63,548 nt of DNA, filler included, from Asterionella formosa (GCA_002256025.1; 6 parts of 6 records of this genome joined end to end with filler, not necessarily neighbours in it); one strand, 5' to 3'; numbered from the whole stretch's first letter, positions 12,800-25,983 are shown. Numbers and translations: made by a program. Notes: generated by a model not told the origin, from the sequence alone.

Positions 12800-12936
12800 G
12801 TCCTTGGTGAAGGTTGGAAGGCCTAGAATCCTTTCAGAACATCAAGATAGCTATAGTATGGAAAAGCCAGAAATTCTTAAGTTGCCTGCTAAGTGGTCAT
12901 CGAAAACATGATGTGCCTATAATAACACTGAATACT

Positions 12937-13505
12937 CTATTGATAGTACGCTTGAGGATGTGCTTGCCCAGTAGCTTCAGGTGACAGCGAACTCAGCAAC
13001 GTTTGACACAGAGGATGCAGGCATTCCTTCAGCAGCGGGATTCCAGTCGATCTGATGGCTCCAATGTTCGCATTTGGGCTTGCCAAGATGGTAACAACCT
13101 GATGCAAGAGAAATGGGCATGGGTGAGACGTGGGTTACATATTCCAGCAGAGACAGAGTCAGATAGGATGCGGGGTCAAGTCTGCTGGGGCAGAATAGTG
13201 CTCACCACTGGTGACAAGTATACGTGAAGGAGCGTCACTTGGTCATACATGGCCGTAACTACTTGAATTTCCTTGCCCAAATTCAACAACGGAAAGTGCT
13301 TCGATGCAGGAGCCCACGTGGTCTCAAGTGAGCTTAGAACCTCTTCATGCCATTCCACATTGCCTGCATATACCCGTCCCAACGGAACGCCTTCCAAAGT
13401 ACTCAGCAGGATGGCATTGACGCCGGCACCGCAGCTATTGATCCGCTCTACCAGTTCTTGCAGCGAGGATTGGAGAGCACTGGGAAGAAGGTTCGGGGAA
13501 GACAT
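12937..13505 (-). CDS. LAMTOR3: Ragulator complex subunit LAMTOR3/MP1-like (roadblock fold); exons 13505-13206, 13098-12937
   Basis: 153-aa spliced product with AILLSTLEGVPL, LNLGK..VVTAMYD, PVVVTILASPNANIG. Canonical GT-AG intron. Confidence 0.8.
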
Positions 13506-14114
13506 GGATGGGGAAATATTGAGGTAAAAGGAAGACGAGTTATGACGAAGAAGAAGGGGTATGTCTATTCTGGAATCTGTATTCTGTATCATGGTCTACT
13601 TACAACAAATCATAGACCAGTTTAGCCATGTAGCTGCAGAGTACCAGGTACCTATCATATCATTTTTGTTGAGGTTTTCGTATTTATACCAGGTAGGAAG
13701 GAGTATACCAGCAAGTTGCGGTAATTTTGCTGAAACTAAAGAATTAGCTCTTTTTATCCCAGATTGCAACTTGCATGTATCAGACAAACGTGCCTGTACC
13801 AGGTACCTGGTAGTTTGTTGTGCAGGGGTGTGACATCCCAGGCTTATAGACGTGAGACGTGTGATGGTCACTTTGTTATTACTGAATATACCGTATACAG
13901 TACATAATAGAAACAAAAAATATGTAAGATTTTAGCAAAATGCAACAGTCAGAAAGAAATAGGAATGTCCATCGCCACCACCTGCACACTTTTTTGTATT
14001 AGTGTTCACTGCTGTGTTGCTGTTGGTGATTTCGCACTTTCTGTCTGATAACCGAGGAGTGTACACTTTAGAGGCAAGAGATAGTATACTGCGACTGTGA
14101 CCAACAGCTTCAGG

Positions 14115-15548
14115 ATGGAAATGGACCCGTTCTTTGCCGTGCCCGACGCGACGAAGGACGAAGGTGAACCTCCATCATCGGCGCCTCCAGCTGCGAATCC
14201 TGCAGCAGTGCGCCAAAAGGCTCCTGATACTCCCAAACATGCTTTAGTGGATAATTCTGCCAACAAGTCTTTTTCACTTGACGAAGCCAATGAAGAAATT
14301 GCTCTTTTGTTGAAGAGTTCAAAGGTATCGCAGAAGGAAGTGAGTGCCATGCAGGGGATGATGCGGGACCACGTAGCTTTGCTGGACAAGGTCTCCAAGC
14401 TCAAGTCTTTGCTAGGAAGGTCTGCCAAGGCGCAACGAGAAGCAAAAATGGATCTAGAAGCGACGCAAAAGAAATTGGAACAAACCCTACGCGAAAACGA
14501 ACTCCTAAATGCCAAGGTTGAGCGTTTGGCAAACAGACCCACACACATGGACCTTCTGGCTGACTTTGAGACGAACTTTGACAGGGCGTTGCTTAGTGTG
14601 GGACAAGCGGGTGGTGAAAATACCGCTGCTTCGTCCGCAATTTCACCGCTACCTGTCCAGAACGACGCAGTGGTGGACTCCATGTTGATGGAAGAATTAG
14701 CTGAGTCACAGACTAGAATTGAACGTCTGGAGAACCTAAATAGTGCCCTCATGCAACGATCCTCGCAGCTGGAACATCAAGCGAAGGCACTTCAGCAGGA
14801 GAAAGATAACTCTCAGCATATGCTTGCAAGAATGACATTAGAACTCAGAATGGCCCAAATGGAGGCTGATCATGCATCCAGGGCTGTTCAAGACAAGATG
14901 GCCAGTCTGGCAGAAATGCAAATGGAGATTGATCTTGTCACCAAAGCGAGCATGGATGCTAATGTACGTGCTAGTAAAGGAGAAGAAGCCGCCAAATCGG
15001 TACAGACTGATCGTGAGATGGTACAGACATTGCAAGCTCAAGTGCAGGCATTACAAGAGTGGGCTTTGGCATCTGCTGAGGCTAAACGCTTGTCACAAGA
15101 TCGGGTGCGATTTTTGGAAAAAAAATTACAAACGATTGAGGGGTCTTCACTGCCAAAGGAACCTATAGGAGAGCGAACACTTTTTACAAAGGCAGGCTCA
15201 CTTGTGATTGGAGCAGGTGATGACGGATTTTCTATTATTGACCTTGCTGCATGTTGCCAAGGCATCACTACAGCTGAGCGTGTTGTCTTGAGATGGAAAT
15301 TTGATCTAACACCAGATACTGCTAGTATTGACTTTAGTATTCTCAAGGGTAAGGCTGACACACCTACTAAACAGTTGAAAGCTGACTCATTGGTTAAAGG
15401 TAGAATTGTCACAGGAGGTGCTGGGGGCGATCAAGAAGCAGCGTTTGTGGTTCAGAATGCATGCACCTTGCTTTGGTCAAACAAGAAGTCGTGGGTGAGA
15501 CCCAAAACCGTCAAATATTTGGTCTTTGTTGTGGCTGTCAAGGACTAG
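14115..15548 (+). CDS. Long coiled-coil protein with C-terminal GOLD domain
   Basis: Heptad-rich E/K/Q/L region. The C-terminus has LRWKF...IDFSI...CTLLWSNKKSWVRPKTVKY, typical of GOLD domains. Confidence 0.75.
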   Translation: MEMDPFFAVPDATKDEGEPPSSAPPAANPAAVRQKAPDTPKHALVDNSANKSFSLDEANEEIALLLKSSKVSQKEVSAMQGMMRDHVALLDKVSKLKSLLGRSAKAQREAKMDLEATQKKLEQTLRENELLNAKVERLANRPTHMDLLADFETNFDRALLSVGQAGGENTAASSAISPLPVQNDAVVDSMLMEELAESQTRIERLENLNSALMQRSSQLEHQAKALQQEKDNSQHMLARMTLELRMAQMEADHASRAVQDKMASLAEMQMEIDLVTKASMDANVRASKGEEAAKSVQTDREMVQTLQAQVQALQEWALASAEAKRLSQDRVRFLEKKLQTIEGSSLPKEPIGERTLFTKAGSLVIGAGDDGFSIIDLAACCQGITTAERVVLRWKFDLTPDTASIDFSILKGKADTPTKQLKADSLVKGRIVTGGAGGDQEAAFVVQNACTLLWSNKKSWVRPKTVKYLVFVVAVKD

Positions 15549-16399
15549 TCATTTCATGTAGCACTTCAATTGCTGCTACAGTAGGCATCGGAAGCAGTGT
15601 ATTTTTATTTTATGTTTTGAAAGATGCAACAAGGATAAAAGGAGTCGTGACAGCTTGTTGATTTTACCCTCTACATACACTATCTGTAGATATTCAGCAG
15701 GAGCATCAAAGTAACCTAATCCTAGCATTTATGATACTTGGAGTCAACAAAAAAAACATTTTTAGATATTTCAGTTCTCATCAGCCACAACACATATTAT
15801 GTGACTCTGTATTCCTCTCCTTGAGTCAGCAGAACAATGATAAGGATATTGACCTTACAAATAAATTTACATGACAAGCTCGTTTATTGTTCCATGCTAA
15901 ATAAATATGGATAATGGTTGATGATAATCTCAACCACCCATCATCAGTGTTTTGAGGCACAACAAAGTCTATTACGGTTTCAGTATGATCACAATAGAGC
16001 TTATAGCTAGAACACAAAGCCTTGTGGAACAATTTTGGAGCATGGGAACTTAATCTTATAAGCATTGCAAATTAATCATGTGCTAGCTTTGGTTAGTGCT
16101 CTCATAGCTCAATATCCCTAGTTTTTAATGGTGCTTCTCAGCATACATAATTAGTAGCAATGACCATTGTTATGTTTAGGAGAGCCTCATTGAACTTTTA
16201 AATAAACATACAAAACAGAACAGTTTAATTGTGTTTCAAACTGATCTGTCTAACTGTCTCTTATGTATTGCATGATAAAGCTGTATACACTTGTACAGCA
16301 CTGCAATGAAATTTCTTCAACAGCATGACCATCATAACCCAGCTCCAAATAGTCTTTAATATATCAAAAAATATATGGATTGTGGCTCCATTCAGTAGA

Positions 16400-18106
16400 T
16401 TAAAAGGTCTCAAAATGTATGTACTTTGGGTCAACTCCCATCTGTAGCAATCCTTCCTCCATGTCGGCACAAAAGGCGCTGGGACCACACATATAAATAT
16501 CTGAATATAAAAAGTCAGGGACAACTTCCTTCACCAAACCTGGAGTCAAACGTCCCTTGGAGTCAAACAATCCATGATCTTCTTCCCTTGGCCTTGAATA
16601 AGCAATATGCCTTGTCAAGTGATTTCCAGCAAGCTGTATCAAACCCTGTATTTCACTTTGAAATGCGTGGTATTCCCCATTTTGGGTACCATGTAGCCAT
16701 ACTGCCCTCCGAATCTTTTTCTTTGTGTCCACATATTCATGAAGCATAGAAAGGATGGGAGTTACCCCAACACCTGCACTGAGTAAGACCAAAGTACGAT
16801 TGTTCACGTTGTCTAAGATGAAGTCTCCTGTAGGTTTTTGTGCTTGAATGGTATCCCCAACTTTGATGTTGTCATGTAAGTAGGACGACACTTCGCCAAA
16901 TGGCTCGCGCTTGACTGAAATTCGATATTCCCCCCATGAAGATCCACCTGAAAGTGAGTAGCTTCGAAGCAAAGTCTTCTCGTCACTCATCGCCATTTGT
17001 ATGGGTAAATGCTGACCAGGTATGAACTTCCAAAGGACTGGATCTTGTACATCAGCTGCTTTAAGATGAAAGGAAGTTATCTCGGTAGATTCTTTGGTCT
17101 TGTAGACAACTTGAAGCTTGCGTGTATGGGAGGAATCAATGTCTACATTCCAGCGAATGGGAAGTGCTGAATCTTCAACTTGGTTGACCTTTGAAATTGT
17201 GAACTCAATTAGTCGTTGAGATCCTGGGTAGCAATTGTTAGAAACTGCTCTGTCGAACACAATTTTGGCAATACCTGTCAACTGCAACAGGCCACCAGAT
17301 TCAAAGTTTGGAATCGTGATCCCCATTCGAGGATCCAAGTGAATATTTCCCAAGGTATTGAACATGCCATTACCTGAGAAGTCAGGAAGAAGGAGAGTCG
17401 ATTTATTCTCTACATGCACCCACCCGGGAGTGCCCCCTCGATGTGAAGCATCATTCCCATATCGAGCGTCTTCGCCTTCACCCCGGTAGCCAGTCGCCAC
17501 AAAGATTGTGTCGGCGGCTCGGATTTTTTCTATTTGCGCTGGCGTGAGTTCCGTGGACATGTTCATTGAAGCTGCGTTTGCCGCATGCCGCTCCTGGTTT
17601 ACCGTAGACCGCCACCATTGACGCGGTTGAATGTATTGTGGACAGTTTCCAAACGACTGTTCAACCATGAACTCTATACATTTTTTCTGTGAATCGCCCG
17701 ATATGATTCGACCATTCACCCTGTTGCGGCGTTTTGTGGCGAACTCAATGGCGAGAAGACCAACGTCGTCACCTACCTGAAATGCATGTTCGAGGGCATC
17801 TCCTGGAGCAGGCTGTCCCTGCACGGAAAGTCGCGTTGAAGAGGGACTCTTGATGAATTTGTTGCTGCCGTCATAAAGGTCGGTAAGGATCGTCGACCAC
17901 ATGTTCCCATCTCGATCTCGAGCCGCCGCCACCAAAAAGGGTTGAGCGCAGAAGAATTCTCGATGTTGATCAGGCATGAAGGGGCGAATAAATTTGGGGG
18001 CGTATTCTGCAACTGCCTCTACTGTGCCTAAGAGTTTTTGCACGTGATCTTCTCCAGGATGAAAAGGATTGTTGCCAGGCCAGTAAGGATATTGAAAGGA
18101 AATCAT
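16400..18106 (-). CDS. Pyridoxamine 5'-phosphate oxidase-like FMN-binding domains fused to an FAD/NAD(P)-binding ferredoxin-reductase-type domain
   Basis: Intronless 568 aa. PFHPGE, FMPDQHREFF, RRNRVNG, FGNCPQYIQ, DASHRGG and GNGMFNTLGN, followed by RSYSLS, SAGVGVTP, YMCGP and terminal IHFETF. Confidence 0.88.
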   Translation of the reverse strand: MISFQYPYWPGNNPFHPGEDHVQKLLGTVEAVAEYAPKFIRPFMPDQHREFFCAQPFLVAAARDRDGNMWSTILTDLYDGSNKFIKSPSSTRLSVQGQPAPGDALEHAFQVGDDVGLLAIEFATKRRNRVNGRIISGDSQKKCIEFMVEQSFGNCPQYIQPRQWWRSTVNQERHAANAASMNMSTELTPAQIEKIRAADTIFVATGYRGEGEDARYGNDASHRGGTPGWVHVENKSTLLLPDFSGNGMFNTLGNIHLDPRMGITIPNFESGGLLQLTGIAKIVFDRAVSNNCYPGSQRLIEFTISKVNQVEDSALPIRWNVDIDSSHTRKLQVVYKTKESTEITSFHLKAADVQDPVLWKFIPGQHLPIQMAMSDEKTLLRSYSLSGGSSWGEYRISVKREPFGEVSSYLHDNIKVGDTIQAQKPTGDFILDNVNNRTLVLLSAGVGVTPILSMLHEYVDTKKKIRRAVWLHGTQNGEYHAFQSEIQGLIQLAGNHLTRHIAYSRPREEDHGLFDSKGRLTPGLVKEVVPDFLYSDIYMCGPSAFCADMEEGLLQMGVDPKYIHFETF

Positions 18107-19419
18107 CTTTTGTTTATCGAGTCGAAGACTTGAAATTGTGAGGATTACAGATGATGCTTACTTGGTGCTGGAGGTGATCTATCGGCTTCCTTCATATTAC
18201 CCGGGTTCATCGAGAAGAACAATGTCGAAGTGCATTTATTTATTTCGGTAATACTGGACGTCGTTTCTTAGCAAAGAAATAGATGCGGAACATTTGTAAA
18301 GCGAAGCCACAAAAAAGCGTTTTGGAACGAACAGTACCGGTTTGTGCATGTATGTTGAGTTGACAAGTGTACCAGGTACTCCGAAAACTTCCCGAGCATT
18401 CTTTTTGACATCGCTCCTGCCGCCATGACGAACTCATCATCATCATGAATATCATTCAATCGCACATGTTATTCTATATATATCGAACGTGTAGAATAAG
18501 AAAATTTTAAAGTATACTTTTATTGAAACTCGAATCTATGGAGTACGTGGAGTCGCACTGGGGCCAAGAACTTGGGCCCCAGGGAATGATGAGTGAGGGT
18601 AAGTCCATTGTGAGACTTGTAGAGGTTTCAGACAGGGAAACGACTGTAAAGATGGCAAGCACGAGCAAGGCACCCACATAGCTAGGGCTCATAGAGGGGT
18701 CAAAAGTTTGTGTAGTAGTCTAGGACAGCCAGTATGGGAAGAATAGAAGGCAAAGAGGAAGGCAAATTAAGAAGTTTAGAAAGCAAATATGGAAACTGCA
18801 TGGCCATTCAGGAGAATTTTTTTCAAATGAGGGTCCAGAAGTAGAAGAATCAATGAAAGTGGTAGCCTCATGAAGACATATGATGAGAGCATGAGAAGGG
18901 GGCCGGTTTTGGGGCAAGATGCTGCTGACAATTTATATGGTGGCAAATTGTATTGCCATTGCTTTTGCTGCATTTTACTTGAGAATCATCCTGGCAGGCA
19001 ATTGTCAGTCTGAAATGAAGAGTGGAGGAGCAAGGTGAGAGCTTGTGGAATGGTGTAGTGGGCTGAAAGGAGTGAGGATCATGTTATTGCATTTGGGTGG
19101 TTGATGGTGCCAGGGTAACAGTAGTGTCCAGGGAATTGGCGGAGGTGTCATTGGAGTAGAGGCATGAGACGAGCGCTGTTTGTTGTTGTGGACAGAAGCG
19201 GCAAGCGGGGATGTGTGAAGGGGCGGGGGTCAGGAGGAGTGGTGATCAGAGGTTCAGAGGGGCGAGCGAGATAATAGGGAAATAAAAATGTTGGGGAAAT
19301 GCCAGATGTTCAGTATGGCTGCAACCTAGCTACTAAGTGTCAGAAAGTGTCTCGATTACCCTGTGGCTTTCCCCCAGCCAAGATGAGGCCCTCTCAAGAA
19401 ATTCCTCATGCCATCTAAG

Positions 19420-19790
19420 ACATGTACTGGTCCTAATGATGGTGAGATACCACTTCTACCTAAAGATGAGGGCTCCGGTTTAATGATTAGTTCCCTGGCT
19501 GATCTGTAAAGAACATGGACTGATTATTAGGGAACTAAACATTAATCTTCTAACTCAAGTCAATCATTCTATACTACATTCTAAGTATGCTGAGGAAGAA
19601 GCTGCAATAGAAGTCAATGGAAGTGCTCTAAAACTAGATCTTAAGAAATCTCTTTTTCTAGTTTACATTGACTAGTACTATGGAGAGAGTAAGGAGGGAT
19701 ACTGGAATTATGCACACATGGTGTGTCAATTCGAAGATTTTGTAGATATCCTTAAGGTACTACACCCCACTTTCCATTTTGTTTTCCTCT
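19420..19790 (+). mobile_element. Degenerate DDE transposase fragment (IS630/Tc1-like), cut by the contig end
   Basis: TGPNDGEIPLLPKDEGSGLMIS ... YGESKEGYWNYAHMVCQFEDFVDILKVLHPTFHFVFL, with intervening stops. Confidence 0.65.
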
Positions 19791-19890
19791 NNNNNNNNNN
19801 NNNNNNNNNNNNNNNNNNNNNNNNNNNNNNNNNNTTAATTAATTAANNNNNNNNNNNNNNNNNNNNNNNNNNNNNNNNNNNNNNNNNNNN
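19791..19890. other. Artificial contig spacer (44N-TTAATTAATTAA-44N); also at 39680-39779, 59568-59667, 60895-60994, 62222-62321
   Basis: Five identical 100-nt spacers whose core gives stops in all six frames. Contig lengths decrease monotonically. Confidence 0.98.
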
Positions 19891-22800
19891 ATGTACGGCG
19901 CCTTTGGTTTGGCACCACCAAAGGCGTCATGAACAGTATACTGTTTCTGCCTTTTATTAAAATAACTGGTAGGAAAGGTTCCAAAATCAGCTATCACTCG
20001 CTTTGTTTGAGCCAAATCCGGCACCCTCCTTGCAACTGCCGCATCTCGCACTGGTTTTGTAGTCACAGGTTTTGGAGGCATGATTGTATAACAGGTGTGG
20101 TGAGAAATGACAAAAAGCATATGATGAAGTGTCGTAAAAAAAGGGAAATGAGAGATCGTATATAAATGCTCTTAGAAGTACCGTTGCGATGGACAAATAA
20201 CATACCGGGAGCTACTTTCACACTTATGGATATAAAGAAGGTGTTTCTATATAAATAAATATATTTTAACAAGTGAAAAAATATCATACCTTCAGATACG
20301 TACATCATCATATTATATCCTTCAACAAGATGTGAACAGTTGTTCATAACAACCGGTACCTTGTCACTACGTACTCCTAGCAGTCCTTACTTGTGAACAT
20401 GATAGATGTAGATGAAGTAGGGCCCTTATTACAAAAATGCATGTTTTAAAATGTATTACTGTACACCACGATAACCTCAAACACTAGAATTAAGATCATA
20501 AACAACTAATCTTAAGATCATTTTACGCCAAATTTTGTACAACCGCAGTACGTATTCATACTTCGCATTCTAACCCTTACCCTTTTTTACGTACATGTCA
20601 CATCCATGATGGGGCTTAATTATATCATTAACTATTACTCCATACCGGATTGTCGTATAACCTATATTTATACTTTATATTAGGTCCTGGTGAATAATGA
20701 ACTCACACAGCATTGTATATATTCTAATATCACTTACTGAAAATTTTACAGACTAAATTCAAAACAAATGAAATCATACAACATTGAATAAAATCAAATT
20801 AAGTATTGGTAAAATTGATGATATTCAGATCTATTTGTACGACACCAGTACCTGTACACGGGCGTTTGAAATATTCAAACATAGAAGTAAATAAATACAT
20901 ATATGGTTGGCTCAATTATATTGGGACTCGTGCTGTGTACATGAATATGTCAGAATAATCAATTGTTGGGTTGAAAGTAACTCAATGCGTGCATTCTCTT
21001 CAATTGTTTGTTTGCTTACCTGTATATGCATACTTTCGGGGACAAATTAAATGTGAAGAAATGACGGTCGCGGTAAGTGCTGTCATTGGATCAATGCTCA
21101 CAAGAATCACCCGTTAGAACATAAGTAACACATCCTTTTATATCTATCAGGGTAATTGTATACAAAGAGTATAGGGAAGTTCTGAACATCAATGTCTTCA
21201 CGATTTATTGAGGAATATGGAAAGAACTGAACATGTATTTGTATCATTGTTGCGGTAAATGACCATATCATCATGATTGGAACTGCCTGTTGTATTAAAA
21301 GCTAGACAAGACAAGCCTAACACACAATTCCTTCCCATTACTAGTTAATACAGTGAACAATCGAAGTGGATCGTTGGACACATTGTGATGGGAAAACCTG
21401 TGTGACGGAATACATCCATTCATGGTAAGTGAAAATAGAATGGAACTGCATGTTGTTGCATAAAAATAATATGACTAACATGTATTTGCTTCGCAGTTGT
21501 TACACCATTAACATGAATACTAATAATGAAGGAAAGCTCTGATACGGAGAAGAAGGGAATGAGGAGAGGCAACCCGCCGCTATCAGCAACATCAGTTCAT
21601 CCTTCGGAATCAGACAAGTACAAGGGAAAGGACGAAGTGGGCAGTTACAGTTGTGTCAGAAACAGGGTAGCAGGGAAGAAGCAGACAAGAGAATGAACAG
21701 GAGTGAGACGGTGTGAGATAATTGTTTCTATAGATAGATTGAAACAATTCTAAATTTAGTAGTAAAATTACAATCCGTTTCCACATATTTTGGACAAATA
21801 CTTCATAGAGATGCAATGGTAATAATATGGCTATAAGATGAACAAATACACAATAGAGGATGTAGCTCAGGTAAATCGATGATGGTCTTGTAAGTACAAT
21901 TAGTAATTCATGGTCATGAGAAGAGTGATTGAAATTCAAAGAGAAGTAGTGATTTCGACTTGAGTTGATGTTAATCATTTACTTTATTTGTATGATTACT
22001 TTGTGGTTACCATTATGAGTCATTATGGATCCATATTAGAACAAAATGATCAAATATTATAAGTATAAGCATACTTATCAAATATTCAAATATAAAGTAT
22101 GTACCTGTAACACAAATAACAAAACGCGTATCATGCACAGAAAAATTCTGTGCCAGTTATTGTATGATACCCCTGATCTAATATGTATGATACTTTTTAT
22201 TTGCAGACAGCCTTTGGTACCCGATGGCAGAGAGTGAGGGCCGCAGCAATAGAAAACAGTTTCTTGGCATTTCCGGAGGGTCTTGGGGTCTTCAAGGTGA
22301 CAATGAGAGGACTAGAAGTGGTAGAGAGGGACAGGAAGCTGGTGGGAGGAAGAGTAAGTAGTCATTTGACAAATGTGCTGTCAGAGGCGCGCAAAATAGG
22401 CGAAAGTTGTTTCCTCAGGAGGGAACAGGTGGATTTGACTAATTTTTGCTGTGGAGTGACCAGCAGGACTAACAGTGAAAGTTGAGCATGAAGAATAGTG
22501 GAGAGGGGTAAGCGAAAGGAGCGGCAGTGTCCATAGAGGACATGGTGACTGAGAAGGGTGTCAGCAGCAGCGCTACAGACCGCCGACATAGGCTAAGTAC
22601 TAAGAAAAATAGAGGAAAGTCTGGATTGTAACCCGGAAAAGTCAATGTTGCGATGTTAAAACTATTGATAACAAACCGTATATTTGTCATACCAAGGTGA
22701 TTGTCATCCACTTCATCATGACAGTAACTATGTGCTAATTGTTTATTGCAAAAGATCAGATGAGGAGGAAAACAATCATTTTGTGCATTATCTTTTTGCT

Positions 22801-23005
22801 ATAAATGATGGATTATGTCAAGTCCGTGACCCAGAGAAGGATCATCTTAGGTTCTATTGGAGTGAAAAAGAACAAATAATAGACCATTGGGATCATCCAA
22901 TCTCATTATTCCTCAGGACAATGTAGTTTATGAAAGCCTCCTAATAACTTAGCTAGTATGTGAAACTATTTTATCACTATTTTCAATTTTACTCTTGTGT
23001 ATTTA

Positions 23006-23487
23006 TCAACGTTCACTTCTTAGTTTTTGGTCCCACCCGATTGACTTCCATAAATGACGTGGAGGCATGGCAACATAAAAATTATCTTTCCGTATCTGTT
23101 CCAAAAGTTCTTGCGGTTTCAGAGATTTCCATGATTCCTGTGGTTTCAAAGCAGGAACAACAAATGCTGCCGAAAGTATGTTATGAAATTCAACAACGCT
23201 CAATTCAGTTGTATCATTGCATAAGGTGTCTCCTCTTGCCAAAACATACGTTGATGAATTATTTTTCATTTCAGTTGAACTTTTCAAGGAACGAATACAC
23301 GCTAACGGCATGGTTGTTGTGTTGGAGATAATAACATTTCCCCAAAGAAGTAGTTTTGCCAGAATTGTGTAGGAACTTGATCCATCCTCTCCTTCTCCCA
23401 GTTCACTTCGACCCAGTCAAACCATTCACGATCAGAGATTCCTGCAATTGCATCATTATGGATGGCACCTGATATGCTATTACTCAA
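23006..23487 (-). mobile_element. C-terminal fragment of a CMC/Plavaka-like transposase
   Basis: REWFDWVEVNW ... LSVVEFHNILSAAFVVP ... PPRHLW matches the WxDW tail of such transposases as I recall it. Frameshifted. Confidence 0.45.
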
Positions 23488-23697
23488 ACTCGGTTCTGAT
23501 GTTATATATGAAAATGTAAAAAGCTCTGTAGGTCTTAATGTATTGTATCTACACAGCGTAATATATTATATTTAGTGCCTGATGATTCATTTCATTGTAG
23601 CTAGCAACACCTGATTTTAAGATCATCAAACTTTAAGGAAGACAACGACAACAGTTATCTAGTAGTACAATGTCTTCAAAAAACCACAAAGAGATTC

Positions 23698-25371
23698 ATG
23701 GAAACAAGCGACACACATGTGGCAAATACGGCCGGTATGGAACAAAGCAGCAAGTACCAAAATAAGTTAACAAAGAAAAAGCGAATAGGCAATTATCCAA
23801 AGGAACCCAGGGAGTTAGTTGGCGGGGGTACTATGGAGACACCATCAGCTACTAGTACAAAGGATCCTGTAATTGGTACTGAAAGCGATGATGACGTTTC
23901 TTTTTCAGTTGTTGATAAAAGCAAAATGGCTCCTGTCGATGATACCATTAATAACTCCCAGATGCAGATGGACAACATATTACCATATCATAAATTTTCA
24001 AATCGCACTGACCAACAAGTACATGACAAACTGAGGGAAAAACAATTTGCACTTGCCAAAAGATATTATCAATTGGTCAATGGACTCAATCACTACAAAG
24101 GTCATAATTCGGTTCAAAACTCGTCCATACGAGGTTATCAAGACTCTTCAATTTCAGCAGCCTTATCAGAACGTCGTTCCCGCTTAGCTAAAATTGAACC
24201 ATCAATTGTAACAAAGGTTGTGAGTTTTACTTGCTTTCAAGACCAAGAAGTTTTGCTGTGAACATGTAAGTTTGATGTTATAGTTCGTGAATTGCAGGTA
24301 CTGTAAAACAGAATATCAAAATAATGTGCTTTTTTCTGGTCCGAAAAGAGAATCAAACATCCCGCCCTATCTGGTCCAAGTAGTATGAAAGGCATTTCCA
24401 ATCACAAACAGGATTGGTTTGCCGAATGCTGCCTATCTTGGCTATACATTGTGAAACCGGAGTTAGGCAAAGAATTGGAGAGTGACCAAGAGCTTGCCGA
24501 TTTCATATGGAATGGTTCTGATGCACTACTTCCAATGAATCAGACCATTGAACGTACCAACATTGCACCTTTAGATTACATCAAATCAACATTTGGTGGC
24601 ATGTGCATTAAAAAGTTGAGAGAATGTCAGAATGTATTGAATAATCAATTTAAAGGAATCTTAGGTAAGTTCTTATGTTTTGAGTTGGTGATTATATACT
24701 TATCAAATATGTTTGTATTTAAAACTTCTTATCAAATATGTTTGAATTTAAAATGCTAACATAATTCATGACAAACCAGCTGGTCTAACAGAACATAACT
24801 TCCAGACTATGGATAGCTATTGATGACTTTATTAGGTGGGCGTTCACGCTTTATCGTTTTGCGTAGTCAAAGGACATTGACAGGGGAAGCCACGGATACC
24901 CTGTCTGGCGTGATGTTCTTGCTCCGGTGTATTTTATAGGCAGGACAAGCCGTGGAGAACCATTTTTTTCAGGAGACAAATCTGGTTTGACCAAGCCAAA
25001 TTTCAACTCAGTCTTCGGGCACAGTGTGAATTGCAATCACGTTTTGTTGGTTCGCTGATCAATGCCAGTACAGAAGCCTTTTGCTTCTTGGTGCTGAAAG
25101 GAAAATTCCGATTGCTTATAAGGAAATCTACACTGGACTTTCACAAAAGAATCGATCTGAATATGGAAGGAATCTTAGTAGTGGAATTGCTACTTCCACA
25201 ATAAATATCATCTACCCACACTCATACTTCTCATTTCCCAATGTAAGTGAAGAGGATATGCATCAATATGTTGAACCACTTCAACCAAATGTTCCTGAGA
25301 AGAATATTGATTACAATGACCGCATCAATCAAAAGGATATCGATGACCACATTGATTTTGAATGGATCTAA
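23698..25371 (+). pseudogene. Degenerate intron-containing accessory ORF (ORF2-type) of a CMC/Plavaka-like element
   Basis: Three ORF blocks separated by AT-rich GT..AG segments. STEAFLLL resembles DEAYALLVL at ~56000. The 5' part is repeated at 371-541. Confidence 0.4.
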
Positions 25372-25921
25372 TAGAATCCAATGCATACTTAGTAGTTACA
25401 TATTAAATATAGTTAGTGTGAGACTTCTTCAATGCACAAACCATATCATAGATGTTAGGAAAATATTGATGCTGCTCTATACTACTATTAGTGCCGCCTG
25501 TACTATATGTAGCGGTATACCTCCATTTTTACTACTAGGGTGGAGTGATAATTTCACGACTCTGTATTGTCCAGCACAGCATGATTGGAGTGATGCTCAA
25601 TTTATTATTATTAATTCATTTTCATTCTATCCTGTTCATATCCTGACTTTGTCATCATTTGAAATTTGCAATGTCTTTGCGGAAATTGCAATGGTGTTAT
25701 CTGTGTAACTACAAATTTCGGAAGAACAAATCCCTATCTGAGTCTCACAATCGAAATTGGAGCAACCGTGTTTTTTATGCATATAGTCACTGTTGACATT
25801 GCATGCAAGAACATCAAGTTCCTGGAATACATAATGAAACTATGTATTGCGGTAGTGCATCAAATCATTCAAGGAAAGAAGGTAATGGCAGTGTAACTGC
25901 TGCAGCATTGAATAAGTCAGG

Positions 25922-25983
25922 TGGAGAATGCAGGAATCGAACCCACCACCGCAACTTGTGTGCTAACCACTAAGCCATTCCCC
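25922..25983 (-). pseudogene. tRNA-derived sequence (tRNA-Ala-like acceptor stem) with a truncated anticodon arm
   Basis: GGGGAATGGCTTAGTGGTTAGC...GTGGGTTCGATTCCTGCATTCTCCA. A box, B box and the GGGGAAT/ATTCTCC stem are present, but the whole is only 62 nt. Confidence 0.7.

Noticed and set aside
18500..19270. Possible non-LTR retrotransposon debris (also 10770-11100 and 22200-22600)
   Set aside because: Only strand-skewed composition; no RT or endonuclease motif recognised.
19835..19846. TTAATTAATTAA palindrome inside N runs as a biological motif
   Set aside because: Identical in five 100-nt spacers; it is a synthetic six-frame stop linker.
19891..20081. Short minus-strand ORF MPPKPVTTKP... 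(and 62165-62221 on +)
   Set aside because: Cut by contig ends with no recognisable domain; cannot be supported as genes.
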